Source: Rebecca billardiae RCC1528 (lineage: Eukaryota; Protista; Haptophyta). Taken from it: a stretch of DNA of 64,000 nucleotides. Location: positions 1,860,001 through 1,924,000 of the forward strand of contig OZ251236.1 in assembly GCA_965240325.2 (NCBI GenBank), in the 5' to 3' direction. Positions within the stretch are counted from its first letter, which is position 1; every line of letters starts with the position of its first letter. Below, one piece after another: positions 46,101 to 54,460 of the stretch. Under the pieces are notes generated by a model that saw only the letters and a list, made by a program, of their open reading frames with translations, had not been told where the DNA came from and ran no database searches. A program made the translations under genes and the position numbers.

Positions 46101-49100
46101 GCTGCTGGCCGTGCGCTTCGGCGACGCGCCCGCGCAGCCGCCGGCGCGCGTCACGGCGGGCGAGGTTGTCGTCTCCACGCGGTACGGCGCCGCGGGCCGC
46201 GCGCAGCTCCGCGTGTCGCTCAACGGCCAGCAGTTCACGCCCGCGGCCGCCGCGACGCCGCCGCCCGCGGGTGCGCTCGCGTTCACGTTCGTCGGCCTGC
46301 ACGCGCCCGTGCTCGAGGGTGTGGCGTTCAACGGCGCGGCGACGCTGATGGTGCTGCGCTTCGACGCGCAGCCGACCGACCGCGCGGGCATGGGCAGCGG
46401 CATGGGCGAGTGCTCGCGCGTCCTCGACGACGACACCGTCGCGCTGGTCGGCGGCGGCGCGGCCGCGGCCGCGGCCGCGCCGCCGCAGTGCTACTGGACG
46501 GACGACTCGACGCTCGTCGCGCGGCTGAGCTCGGCGACGCTCGTGCGCGCCGGCTCGGAGGTGGGCGTGCGCGCGGGCGCGCTGCGCCCCGAGCAGTGCG
46601 GCACGCCGTGCGCCGCCGCCCTCGCCTCCGCCGCCGCGCGCGCCGCCATCGACGCGGACGCGCCGTGCGGCGAGGGCGTGCCGTGCCCGATGCCTGTCGC
46701 AGCCGTGTCGGGCCCGGCGGTGCTCTCGGCGTGCCCGGGCGCGTCGCTCGCGCTCGACGGCTCCGCCTCGTCGCGCGGCGGCATCGGGCCCGCCGCCTTT
46801 GAGTGGCGCGTCGACCCGAGCCGCTCGGCGCGCGCGGCGTCGCTCAACGCGCGGCTGAGCGCGCTGCCGGCGCGCACGCCTCAGCTCTCGCTCGGCGGGC
46901 CCGGTGCGGCCTCGCCGACCGAGCTCGGAGTGAGCGGCTCGTTCGTGTTTGTGCTGCGCGTCACGTCCTTCCTCGGCGTGCCCTCCGCGCCCGCCGAGTG
47001 GCCCGTGTCGCGCGGCGACGGCGCCAGCCCGATCCTCGCCATCGATGGCGCGCCCGAGCTGCGCGCGCGCGCCTCCGAGCCCACGCTGCTGAGCGGGCGC
47101 GCGGAGCTCGCGCCGTGCTGGCCGCCGAGCTTCGAGCCGGCGATGGTGTTCAGCTGGGCGCTCGAGGGCGCGGCGCAGGTGGGCGGCGGCGCGAACGCGA
47201 GCAGCAGCGCTTCCGCCGGCGAGCTCGCCGCCGCGACGGACGTGCTGCTCGCGCGCCTCGCGTCCGCGCGCACCGCGGTGCTGCAGCTGCCGCCGCACTC
47301 GCTGGCCGCCGGCTGGGCGTACGACCTGGCGCTCACGGCGAGGATGGCGGCGGCACCCGCGCAGGCGTCGACGGCGCGCGTGCGCGTGCGCGTCGCGCGG
47401 CAGCCGCTGCGCGCGGTGATCGCCGGCGGCGACCGCCGCGTGCCGAGCTCGCTGCGCCTCGCCGTCGACGCCTCCGCGTCATTCGACCCCGATGCGCCGA
47501 CGGCCGACGGCGGCGACGGCGGCATGCCGCCGCTGTCGTTCGCGTGGAGCGTGGCGAACGCGAGCTCGCTCGAGCCGGTGGCTCTCGAGCCGTCCGCGGC
47601 GAACGCGAGCGGCGCGCTCTTCGAGCTTGCGCCCGGCACGCTGCCGCCCGGCGTGTACGCGCTCACCGTGCGCGTGTCCGCGCCCGGCCGCGCGCCCGCG
47701 GCCGCGTCGGTGACGGTCGAGGCGGTGCCGGGCGCGGTGCCCACGCTCGGCTTCGAGCCGCTCGGGCGGCGCAAGTGGCCGGCGGTGTTCGACCGGAACC
47801 CCGAGCGGCTGACGATCAACGCGCGCCTCGACGCTGCCTCGCGCGCGCTCGAGGCGGCGGGGCAGGCGCGCTTCAGCTACGAGTGGAGCGCGCGGCGCGT
47901 GGGCGCGGCCGGCGCGCTCGAGCCCGCCGGTCTCGACCTCGCGGACAGCGAGCGGGTGAGCACGACGGGCGCGGCGCTGCGCACGGTCGCGATCCGCAGC
48001 GGCGCGCTCGCGCCCGGCGCGACGTACGCGTTCCGCCTCGCCGTGCTCGGCGGCGCGCAGCCCGCGTACACGGAGGTGCGCGTCACGATCAATCGGCCGC
48101 CGTACGGCGGAGGGCTCGAGGTGGCGCCGGCGTCGGGCGTGGCGCTGCAGACGAGCTTTGCGCTGTACGCGGCGGGGTGGGCGGAGGACGACGAGGAGGA
48201 CCTGCCGCTGAGCTACGCGTTCTCGCACGCGCCGCTCGGCACCGACGCCGTCGCCGACGTCGCCGCGCTCGGCGCCGCCTCCGCCTCCGCCTCGGCGAGC
48301 GCGCTTCTCCCCGCGGGCAACCGCACGCTCACCGTCAGGGTGGCGGACGCGCTCGGCGGCGCGGCGCACGCGCACGCGGCCGTGGCCGTCGCGCCGCCCG
48401 GCGAGGGCGCGGGGCTGCTCGACTCGGTGCTCACGCGCGCGTACGCCGCGGTCGCGACGGGCGCGGCCGAGACCGCCACGCAGCTCGTGAGCGCCCTCGC
48501 CGACGCGCTCGACGCGACGCCCGCGGGCGGCGACAACGCCACCGTCGCCTCGGCCACGCTCGCTCGGCTGCTCGAGCTCACGGCGGGCGCGGCGGAGGCG
48601 TCCGCGCCGACGGCCGAGGCGCGCGCGGCGAGCGCGTCCGCGCTCGCCGCCGTGCTCGAGGCCGCGCCGCCCGGCGCGTTCGACGCCTCCGCGCAGACCG
48701 CGGGCCTCGAGCAGGTCGCCGCCCTCGCGTCGCAGTCGGCCGCGTCGGGCGTCGACGGACCGACCGCGGCCGCGCTGCTGCGCGCGGCGGACGCGGCGCT
48801 CTCCGCCGACGCCGACGCCGACGCGCCGCTGAGCGCGGCGGAGGCGGAGGCGGTGGGCGGAGCGGCGACGAGCGCGGTGGGCGCGCTCGCCATCGCGCTG
48901 CTCGCCGGCGCCGTGTCGGGCGAGGCGCCCTTCGAGGCCGTGGGCAAGGCCATCAACGTGAGCGCGACGCGCGCGGACGCGGGCGCGCTCGGCAACATCA
49001 CGCTGCCCGGGCCGGGCGGCGCGGGCTCGGTGGGCGTGCCGGCGAGCGTGTTCGGCGGCGTGCCGCTCGAGCTGCTCGAGGGCGGCGTTGACGTCGTGCT

Positions 49101-52100
49101 CTGGTCCTCGGCGCGCAACGTGCACGGCGACCCGTCGACGCAGGCGAACGGCACGGCCGTGGCGTCGGGGCTGGTGACGCCCGTCTTCTCCGTCACGCTC
49201 TACTCGGCGTCGGCCGGGCTGGCGCTCACCATCTCCGACCTGCCGGACGAGGGGCGCGTGCTGATCGAGGTGCCCGGGCTCGACGGCGCGGGCGGCGCGG
49301 GCGAGTGGGGCTGCGTGTGGTGGGACGAGGGCGCGAGCGCGTGGCTCGACGACGGCTGCGAGACGGTGGTCGCGCGTGCGGACGATGGCTCGCTCGCGCG
49401 CTACTGCGCGTGCACGCACCTGACCGACTTTGCGGGCGTGGCCGTGCCGACGGACGCGGACGCGGCGCGCACCGAGGTGGTCGAGTTCAACATCAACACG
49501 CTCTCCCTTGATGACGCCGCTGCAGCCGTCGGCGTCGGCTCCGGCCCCGTCCTCGCGCGCAACCCGTACATCTTCTGGCTGGTGGTGGCGATGAGTGCCG
49601 GCTGCGGACTCAGCGTGGCGCTGTTCGGGGCGCGCGACTTGCGCGACCACGCGCGGCGCAAGGAGCGCATCCGGCGGCTGCTCGCGAGCGAGGCCGGGCC
49701 CGCCGGCGGGCTGCCGGCCTCGCCGGCCAAGAGATCCTCCCCCTTCCAGCGCCGCGCGGCCAAGCTCAAGGCGGAGGAGGACGCCCTGTTTGGCGGCTCA
49801 CCGCGGCAGCCCGCGCCCGCCGACGCGCCCGCCGCCGTCGGCACGCACAGCCGGCCCGCCTCCTCCTCCGTCCCGGGGCCGCGCTTGGTGGCGCCGGCGG
49901 ACGGCGGGGACGCGGGCGGGCGCGCGGTGCGCGCGCCGGCCCCTCTCGCCTCCATCTCGCCCGAGGGCAGCTTCGCCAAGCGGCAGCCGCCCCAGCTCTC
50001 GCCGCGGCGCGGCAGCGACGGCGCCGCTAGCCGCGGCGGCGCGGAGGCGCTCGGCTTTGCCGACAGGCTCGAGGCGCGGCTCGACGACCTCGACGACCTG
50101 GTGGACGAGACGAAGCGGCGCGCGGCGCTCACGATGCAGAAGTACGCGCGCGGGCGCAAGGCGCGCGCCCGTGTCGACGAGGCCTCGCCCCAGCTCCGCG
50201 AGCGCAAGGCGCGCGCCTCGGACCGCACGCGCGACCACTCGCTGACCAAGCTCGTGCGGCTCGTGGGCGAGAGGCTGAGCACAGACCACTCGCTGCTCGG
50301 CATCTGGTTCGCCGACCCGGAGGACGCGAAGCGCGCCGAGCTGGCGCAGATCTTCTGGAACATCGCGATGCTCGGCCTCGTGATCACGTGCATGCTCTAC
50401 GACGCGAGCGGCGGGCCTCCGGACGCGTCGGCGGCGCCGAGCGTCTCGCTGCTGAGCGCGGTGCTCACGGCGCTTCTCACCGCGGCCCTCTCGTTCCCCG
50501 CGCTCGCGCTCTTCCGGCTGCTCTTCCGCTGGGGGTACGGCCGGCGCTCGGCGCCGCTCTCGAAGCGCGTGTTCGCCACGTTCCTCCGCGCCGAGCTCGC
50601 GCAGCGCGAGCGCGAGCGCGCGCCCTTCTCCACCGCCGTCAAGACGAGCGTGCGCACCGGCGCGTACCTGCGGCCCGCGCTGCCGCGCACCAACTCGGAC
50701 CGGCGCGGCGCCGGCGGCGCGCTGCGCGCCGCCGCGCCCGCCGACCTCGAGCTCGCGCGCGAGTTCGCGCGGCGCTCGTCGACCGAGGCGGAGCGCTCCT
50801 CCACGCCGCCGGGCATGCCCAGGCTCGCGCCGGTCACGCTGCCCGGCATGCCCGGCCGCTCGTCGCCGCGCGCCAAGCCGCGCCCGCCGCCGCCGCCGGG
50901 CATGACGGTGCGCCGGCCGGGCGGGCCCCGCGCCACCGGCCAGCTGCCGCCGAGCATGGCAGCGTCGGTGGCGGCGACGTCGGTGGCGACGGCGGCGGCG
51001 GCGGGGGCGGCGGAGGGCGAGCGCACCGACGCGCCCGCCGCGGCCACGGCCGCCAAGCCGGGCAGCACCTTCGCGCCGCGGGCGGTGGCCGTGCCGAGTG
51101 CTGACGCGTTCAAGCAGGGGCGAGTCACGCCCGTGCCCACCGCGGGCGCGCTCGACCCCGGCTCGTTCGGCCGGCACATGAAGTCGGACGGGGACGAGTT
51201 TGAGGCGAACGGCGGCTCCAACCACGCGGCGTCCGAGCGCGCCGCCCGACGCGCGGTCGCCGCGTCGCTCAGCGTCTCGCTCCGGGGCACGAGCGCGCAC
51301 GCGGAAGCGGAGCGCGCGGCCGCGGCCGAGCCGCCGTCCCCGCTCGGCACCGCCGTGCCCTTCTTCGAGGACGTGGCGTCGCACCGGCACGGCCGCTCGC
51401 CGCACCCCGGCTCGCCGCCGCCGAGGCGCGATGACGCGCCGCTCACGCCCAGCGGCCTCGCGGGTCGGCAACGCCCGCGCTGCTCGCACGCCTCCTCGGC
51501 ATCGTGCGCCGCCATCTCCGCCGCGTCCACCCCGCGCGCGGGCGCAGCGGACGGCGAGGAGGCGCGTGCGACCGAGGAGGCGGAGGAGGCGATGCGCACG
51601 AGCATGGACGAGGTGCTGCCCACGCCCCCGCCCAGCCCGCCGCCGCCGGGCGGTCCGGCGTTCTCGTTCAAGACGGGGCAGGTCCCCGCGCCCACCGGCC
51701 TGCCGCCCGCCAGCGCGCCCGACGGCGCGCCCGCCGCCGCTGCGGAGGAGGAGGAGGCGGAGGGCGGCGGTCTGGACGAGCAGACGGTCGCGCTGCTCAA
51801 GCTCAAGTTCGACGCGTTCGACGCGGACGACAACGGCTCGGTGGACGGCACCGAGTTCGGCGCGCTGCTCGAGTCGCTCGGCTTCCGGCTGCGCCCGCGC
51901 CGCGTGAAGCAGCTCGCCTCGGAGCTGGACACCAACGGCAACGGGCTGATCGGCTTCGACGAGCTGTGCGACTGGTACGAGAAGATGGTCGCGGACGAGG
52001 CCGCAAAGGAGGCGCGCCGCGCGGCGGGCTGGCCAGGCCGCGTGCGCCGCGCGCTGCGCAGGCTGACGCCGCCGCCACTCGCCAAGCTCGTGCTCGCGTG

Positions 52101-52383
52101 GCTGTGCATGTGGGCCATCTTCGTCGTGCTCGCGCTGCTCGCGGTCGCGTACGCGCTCACGTTTGGCGCGCAGCAGACGCGCTGGCTCCTCTTCAGCTGG
52201 ACGTTCGCCGAGGTGCAGACGCTCGGGCTGGAGGAGCCGGTCATCATCGCGCTCACCGTGCTCGCGCCCCTCCTCTTCGACCGGCTGCTCTCGCAGGGCG
52301 GCGCGACGGGCGAGGCGATCAACGAGCTGCTCGCGACGACCGTCGGGACGGCCGTCACCGCGATGCACAACCTCTGCGGCTGA
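37111..52383 (+). CDS. Giant polycystin-1 (PKD1/REJ)-like GPS receptor, ~5090 aa, with Pro-rich stalk, IQ motif and EF-hand pair
   Basis: Signal peptide; two 185-aa repeats; SPPP stalk 38281-45330; IPT/TIG-like (GPVGGGTAVTLVGSGF; GDANGGTEVTIGGAGF); REJ-like (LAVDASASFDPD, INRPPYGG.LEVAPASG.AL.T.F, DLPLSYAF); GPS WGCVWWDE..W..DGC...CACTHLTDFA at ~49306-49440; TMs; IQ at ~50122-50175; EF-hands DADDNGSVDGTE and DTNGNGLIGFDE. Confidence 0.88.
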   Translation: MRAAGCVLLAACLLGGRSAHALNPGDLAIVGVNTVNPDEIAVVALADIPSGTVIYFTDNGWKADSSWRTGEGTHTWTLGSAVSTGTVVTITLSGPLLAAAGDVLYAYTNTEAAPNFLYAISTARDAFDADSTSASTGALPSTLTLGTSAVALGGASASIENAEYVGARSGTADALRAAIGNAASWTTSSSRYAFDSSAFSESTPAALSPGDLAIVGVNTVNPDEIAVVALADIPSGTVIYFTDNGWKADSSWRTGEGTHTWTLGSAVSTGTVVTITLSGPLLAAAGDVLYAYTNTEAAPNFLYAISTARDAFDADSTSASTGALPSTLTLGTSAVALGGASTSIDNAEYAGARSGTADALLAAIGNAASWTTSSSRYAFDSSAFSVSTLPLPPPSPPPPSPPPSPPPSPPPSPPPSPPPSPPPPKPPPSPPPSPPSPPPSPPPSAPPSPPPSPPPGPPPRPPPSPPPTPPPSPPPSPPPSPPPSPPPSPPPSAPPDPSPPKPPPRPPPSPPPSPPPRRPPSPPPSPPPSPPPSPPPSPPPSPPPPSPPPSPPPSPPPFPPPSPPPPSPPPSPPPGPPPSPPPSPPPSPPPSPPPPSPPPSPPPSPPPSPPPSPPPPSPPPSPPPSPPPSPPPSPPPPSPPPSPPPSPPPSPPPSPPPSPPPVPPPSPPPSPPPPSPPPSPPPSPPPSPPPSPPPPSPPPSPPPSPPPSPPPGPPPSPPPSPPPSPPPSPPPPSPPPSPPPSPPPSPPPSPPPPSPPPSPPPSPPPSPPPSPPPPSPPPSPPPSPPPSPPPSPPPSPPPVPPPSPPPSPPPPSPPPSPPPSPPPSPPPSPPPPSPPPSPPPSPPPSPPPGPPPSPPPSPPPSPPPSPPPPSPPPSPPPSPPPSPPPSPPPPSPPPSPPPSPPPSPPPSPPPPSPPPSPPPSPPPSPPPSPPPSPPPVPPPSPPPSPPPPSPPPSPPPSPPPSPPPSPPPPSPPPSPPPSPPPSPPPGPPPSPPPSPPPSPPPSPPPPSPPPSPPPSPPPSPPPSPPPPSPPPSPPPSPPPSPPPSPPPPSPPPSPPPSPPPSPPPSPPPSPPPVPPPSPPPSPPPPSPPPSPPPSPPPSPPPSPPPPSPPPSPPPSPPPSPPPGPPPSPPPSPPPSPPPSPPPPSPPPSPPPSPPPSPPPSPPPPSPPPSPPPSPPPSPPPSPPPPSPPPSPPPSPPPSPPPSPPPSPPPVPPPSPPPSPPPPSPPPSPPPSPPPSPPPSPPPPSPPPSPPPSPPPSPPPGPPPSPPPSPPPSPPPSPPPPSPPPSPPPSPPPSPPPSPPPPSPPPSPPPSPPPSPPPSPPPPSPPPSPPPSPPPSPPPSPPPPSPPPSPPPSPPPLPPPSPPPPSQPPSPPPSPPPSPPPSPPPPSPPPSPPPAPPPSPPPPLPPPSPPPSPPPSPPPSPPPSPPPSPPPSPPPPLPPPNPPPSPPPAPPPSPPPPFPPPSPPPVPPPSPPPSPPPVPPPSPPPSPPPSPPPPSPPPSPPPVSPPSPPPRPPPSPPPSPPPTPPPSPPPSPPPQPPPSPPPSPLPPSPPPSPPPSQPPSPPPSPPPPVPPPVPPPSPPPASPPSPPPSPPPATPPSLPPSPPPPAPPPSPPPRPPPPPPPVPPPPSPPPSPPPPSPPPPTPPPSPPPAAPPAPPPSPPPGMPPAAPPPAPPPSPPPAPPPAAPPPLPPPSLPPQPPPSAPPASPPPSPPPLPPPSPPPPSPPPLLPPPPRSEPFPPPAPPHTPPSPPPSPPPLAPPSPQPQPPPRSPPLPPPRQPPPPPPASPPSPPPTPPPRLPPSSPPLYPPASPPPSPPPSPPPSPPPPSPPPTPPPPPRTDPFPPPSPPSPPPSLPPLPPPPPPPSPPPSSPPASPPQPPPSLPPSSPPPPPPAPPPSQPPSLPPSAPPSTPPVPPPSAPPSTPPSSPPPSPPPALPPPPRTQPFPPPLPPSPPPSPPPPPPPSPPPSPPPSPLPALPPHPPPSAPPSTPPSPPPRSPPPSPPPLPPPPSPPPAPPPPRTDPFPPPSPPSPPPSPPPLPPPPPPPSPLPSSPPESPPQPPPSLPPSSPPPPPPAPPPSQPPSLPPSAPPSTPPAPPPSAPPSTPPSLPPPSPPPAPPPPPRTQPFPPPLPPSPPPSPPPPPPPSPPPSPPPSPPPAPPPHPPPSSPPSTPPSQPPRSPPPSTPPLPPPPSPPPTPPPPPRTDPFPPPSPPSPPPSPPPLPPPPSTPPQRPPPPPPAPPPSLPPSAPPSTPPAPPPSAPPSTPPSLPPPSPPPALPPPPRTQPFPPPLPPSPPPSPPPPPPPSLPPSPPPSPPPAPPPHPPPSSPPSTPPSQPPRSPPPSPPPLPPPPSPPPTPPPPPRTDPFPPPSPPSPPPSPPPLPPPPPPPSPPPSTPPRPPPPPPPAPPPSLPPSAPPSAPPAPPPSAPPSTPPSSPPPSPPPALPPPPRTQPFPPPLPPSPPPSPPPPPTPSPPPSPPPSPPPAPPPHPPPSSPPSTPPSQPPRSPPPSPPPLPPPPSPPPTPPPPPRTDPFPPPSPPSPPPSPPPLPPPPPPPSPPPSTPPRPPPPPPPAPPPSLPPSVPPSAPPASPPSAPPSTPPSSPPPSPPPALPPPPRTQPFPPPSPPSPPPSPPPLPPPSLPPLPPPSPPPAPPPHPPPSAPPSTPPPPPPPAPPPRPPPVPPTPPPPPRTEPFPPPAPPSPPPSSPPSPPPSSPPPPPPSPPPSPPPGPPPHPPPSSPPPLPPPSPPPPPPPAIRVSVLSGSREGAPLGSDDAALELEGAGFDSLAGGEFGEIQCAFTRADGGGDGGGPLLSGATVLSDARLRCAMPAAASSGAPSAAGAYTVGLALGAVGASTDVDVSGLFGPVSFELYDMAAVSVLELRPPGGPVGGGTAVTLVGSGFAEYGEGQLCCVLGGGGCAAAATLLPPSAAAPTLSRARCVLPPPLGGAAGSVALELSLGGGSADSTTASALPFLAYDPPTLGSVSPASGDANGGTEVTIGGAGFDALAGGALLAVRFGDAPAQPPARVTAGEVVVSTRYGAAGRAQLRVSLNGQQFTPAAAATPPPAGALAFTFVGLHAPVLEGVAFNGAATLMVLRFDAQPTDRAGMGSGMGECSRVLDDDTVALVGGGAAAAAAAPPQCYWTDDSTLVARLSSATLVRAGSEVGVRAGALRPEQCGTPCAAALASAAARAAIDADAPCGEGVPCPMPVAAVSGPAVLSACPGASLALDGSASSRGGIGPAAFEWRVDPSRSARAASLNARLSALPARTPQLSLGGPGAASPTELGVSGSFVFVLRVTSFLGVPSAPAEWPVSRGDGASPILAIDGAPELRARASEPTLLSGRAELAPCWPPSFEPAMVFSWALEGAAQVGGGANASSSASAGELAAATDVLLARLASARTAVLQLPPHSLAAGWAYDLALTARMAAAPAQASTARVRVRVARQPLRAVIAGGDRRVPSSLRLAVDASASFDPDAPTADGGDGGMPPLSFAWSVANASSLEPVALEPSAANASGALFELAPGTLPPGVYALTVRVSAPGRAPAAASVTVEAVPGAVPTLGFEPLGRRKWPAVFDRNPERLTINARLDAASRALEAAGQARFSYEWSARRVGAAGALEPAGLDLADSERVSTTGAALRTVAIRSGALAPGATYAFRLAVLGGAQPAYTEVRVTINRPPYGGGLEVAPASGVALQTSFALYAAGWAEDDEEDLPLSYAFSHAPLGTDAVADVAALGAASASASASALLPAGNRTLTVRVADALGGAAHAHAAVAVAPPGEGAGLLDSVLTRAYAAVATGAAETATQLVSALADALDATPAGGDNATVASATLARLLELTAGAAEASAPTAEARAASASALAAVLEAAPPGAFDASAQTAGLEQVAALASQSAASGVDGPTAAALLRAADAALSADADADAPLSAAEAEAVGGAATSAVGALAIALLAGAVSGEAPFEAVGKAINVSATRADAGALGNITLPGPGGAGSVGVPASVFGGVPLELLEGGVDVVLWSSARNVHGDPSTQANGTAVASGLVTPVFSVTLYSASAGLALTISDLPDEGRVLIEVPGLDGAGGAGEWGCVWWDEGASAWLDDGCETVVARADDGSLARYCACTHLTDFAGVAVPTDADAARTEVVEFNINTLSLDDAAAAVGVGSGPVLARNPYIFWLVVAMSAGCGLSVALFGARDLRDHARRKERIRRLLASEAGPAGGLPASPAKRSSPFQRRAAKLKAEEDALFGGSPRQPAPADAPAAVGTHSRPASSSVPGPRLVAPADGGDAGGRAVRAPAPLASISPEGSFAKRQPPQLSPRRGSDGAASRGGAEALGFADRLEARLDDLDDLVDETKRRAALTMQKYARGRKARARVDEASPQLRERKARASDRTRDHSLTKLVRLVGERLSTDHSLLGIWFADPEDAKRAELAQIFWNIAMLGLVITCMLYDASGGPPDASAAPSVSLLSAVLTALLTAALSFPALALFRLLFRWGYGRRSAPLSKRVFATFLRAELAQRERERAPFSTAVKTSVRTGAYLRPALPRTNSDRRGAGGALRAAAPADLELAREFARRSSTEAERSSTPPGMPRLAPVTLPGMPGRSSPRAKPRPPPPPGMTVRRPGGPRATGQLPPSMAASVAATSVATAAAAGAAEGERTDAPAAATAAKPGSTFAPRAVAVPSADAFKQGRVTPVPTAGALDPGSFGRHMKSDGDEFEANGGSNHAASERAARRAVAASLSVSLRGTSAHAEAERAAAAEPPSPLGTAVPFFEDVASHRHGRSPHPGSPPPRRDDAPLTPSGLAGRQRPRCSHASSASCAAISAASTPRAGAADGEEARATEEAEEAMRTSMDEVLPTPPPSPPPPGGPAFSFKTGQVPAPTGLPPASAPDGAPAAAAEEEEAEGGGLDEQTVALLKLKFDAFDADDNGSVDGTEFGALLESLGFRLRPRRVKQLASELDTNGNGLIGFDELCDWYEKMVADEAAKEARRAAGWPGRVRRALRRLTPPPLAKLVLAWLCMWAIFVVLALLAVAYALTFGAQQTRWLLFSWTFAEVQTLGLEEPVIIALTVLAPLLFDRLLSQGGATGEAINELLATTVGTAVTAMHNLCG
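37171..38270 (+). repeat. Near-identical coding tandem duplication, period 555 bp
   Basis: PGDLAIVGVNTVNPDEIAVVALADIPSGTVIYFTDNGW...YAFDSSAFS occurs twice. Confidence 0.95.
38281..45330 (+). repeat. Extensin-like (SPPP)n coding array with 411-bp and ~470-540-bp higher-order units
   Basis: The PGP marker recurs at 38830, 39241, 39652, 40063, 40474 and 40885; later units are marked by RTDPF/RTQPF. Confidence 0.93.
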
Positions 52384-53635
52384 TCATTGATATATGCTGA
52401 TGACTGCGCCATAGCCCCCGATGCTGAGGCGTGCTGCCATGACGAGACAATATGGTTTATTATTTATTACGAAACCTGCAGCTAGCATGTATATATATAT
52501 ATATATGCATATCTAATATCGGCAGTATAGCATATAATAACGTCATCGCATCGTCATCACATCCGCCGATCCGGTCCGCCGACGCGACTACTAATACTGC
52601 GCGCTGTATGTACTATACCGTATCGCCACGGGCATGCACCGGCGGCGCACCGCGACTAGAGCAGTGTCTAGACCGGAGTCCGGAAGCGGGAAGTACTGCA
52701 GAGACTGCCTAGTGCCTATATCGGATGGACCAATTTGACAGCACGTCGTGATGACTCTGCCAGCTGAGACGAGGCAGACTACTGACTAGCGATGCCGATG
52801 CTGGCGCCACATATGGCGCATCACTTCATGCATCAGAGCGCATCACGCCTGGCTAACCGCCTGGCATGCACGCAATACCGTACCGTTGGCAGCACGCGGC
52901 AGAATCGGTGCGGCCACTGCCGGCCCCCGGGGACGCGAGGCCCGGCGCTGGCCGCCAGGGCGGCAGGCCACGGTGGGCTGTGGCTGGCTCGAACATAGTA
53001 CACCTCGCGATATGCTGCGTTGCCGATGGCGATGGTCGTTGACACCACTAGTCGGGCGTTCTTCCACCCATCTCAGGCTCCATCGTGCGCCTGCACACAC
53101 ACGGCCCTCGGATGGGTCCGCCGAGTCCCGGCGGCCGCTCCGCGCGCCCGGCTTGCGTGCCGAACTCACACGGGTCGACCGCGATCGAGTGCCGGCGGGC
53201 ACGTGGCAACATGGCCATGCAGAAGTAAAACTCCCTCGATCGCGCACGGTTTCGAAGAACGGCTTATACAAGGCGATGAGGCGGAGGCGGGCCTGAGTGG
53301 GCTTACCTCGTCTGTCAGTACCTGCGCGCCGCACGAACGAACGCCGGCTGGCGACCGCTCGCGCGCGGCGCCGGCCGTGAACCGCGAAGCAGATCGATTT
53401 GCGTCCGGCTCCGCCGGCCCGGGCGGGCGGCCGGACCTCACGTCGCGGATTATTACTATTAGTTCCGGCGGCAACGGCCAGCAGCTAAGTACTACTAAAC
53501 CTAAATATATATATATACATACGTAGTGCACCGTCCCGCGCCACGGTGTGACACTAGCTACTCGCGAACAGAACCCGCGCGCGCGGTGACCGGCCACCGG
53601 GTGACGCGGTCGTCACACTCACACAGTCCGAGTAC

Positions 53636-54428
53636 TCACAGGCCACGCAGCTGCCTCTCGAGCTCCGTCATGTTGTCGGATCCCCTCCCGCTGCGGTCCG
53701 ACCCGGCGGGCGCCACGCTGCCCGCATCGGTCGTGCGGTTCTCTGTTTGCGCGTCGAGGTCGAGCCTGGCCGCCTCGATGTACTCCGCGACGATGCGCGC
53801 GAGTCCGGGCGCGTCCTGCGGCAGCGGCTGCAGCAGCGGGTGCGCCAGCAGCGCCTCCGCGCCTGGCCGCTCCGCGGGCGCCTTGCGCAGGCTGCGCGCG
53901 CGCGGCAGCCGGGCGGGCGCGCCGCGCGGCTCAGCGCGCGCGCGCGCGCGCGCCGCGCGCGCCGGCCCCGCCCCCGCGCCGCGCGCGCGCGTGCCGCGCG
54001 CACCACTGCTCGAAGAGGTCGGCCGCGCGCGCGGACAGCGGCCCGCCCGGCTGCGCGGGCGGCACCAGCGACGACTCGGCCGACGTGAGCTCGTGCAGCA
54101 GGTCGTAGTACGAGCGCAGCGCGCCGAGCGGGTGGACGCCGAGGCAGCCCTCCAGCCCAAGGATCCCGACGGCCCACACGTCCGCAGCGTACGAGTAGTC
54201 CTCGCCAGAGATGCGCTCGGGCTGTGCGCGGCGCGGCGCGGCGCGCGACGGCCGCGCGCCGCGCGTGGGCCGGGCGCGGGCGCGGGCAGAGCGCGCACCG
54301 CCGCGCCGCGCGCGCGCACCGCCATGTAGAGCGCCGTGCCGACGAAGGAGCGCGCCATGCCGCGCGTGTCGTCGAGCGCCTTCGCCATCCCAAAGTCGGA
54401 GAGCTTCACCGTGCCGTCGAAGTCGACG

Positions 54429-54460
<32 letters not shown>

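Noticed and set aside
38238-46436. 2732-aa poly-Gly antisense ORF and related ORFs
   Set aside because: Mirror of the SPPP array; no independent coding signal.
52790-53330. Possible gene in this interval
   Set aside because: Short overlapping ORFs without codon bias; looks like decayed repeat sequence.
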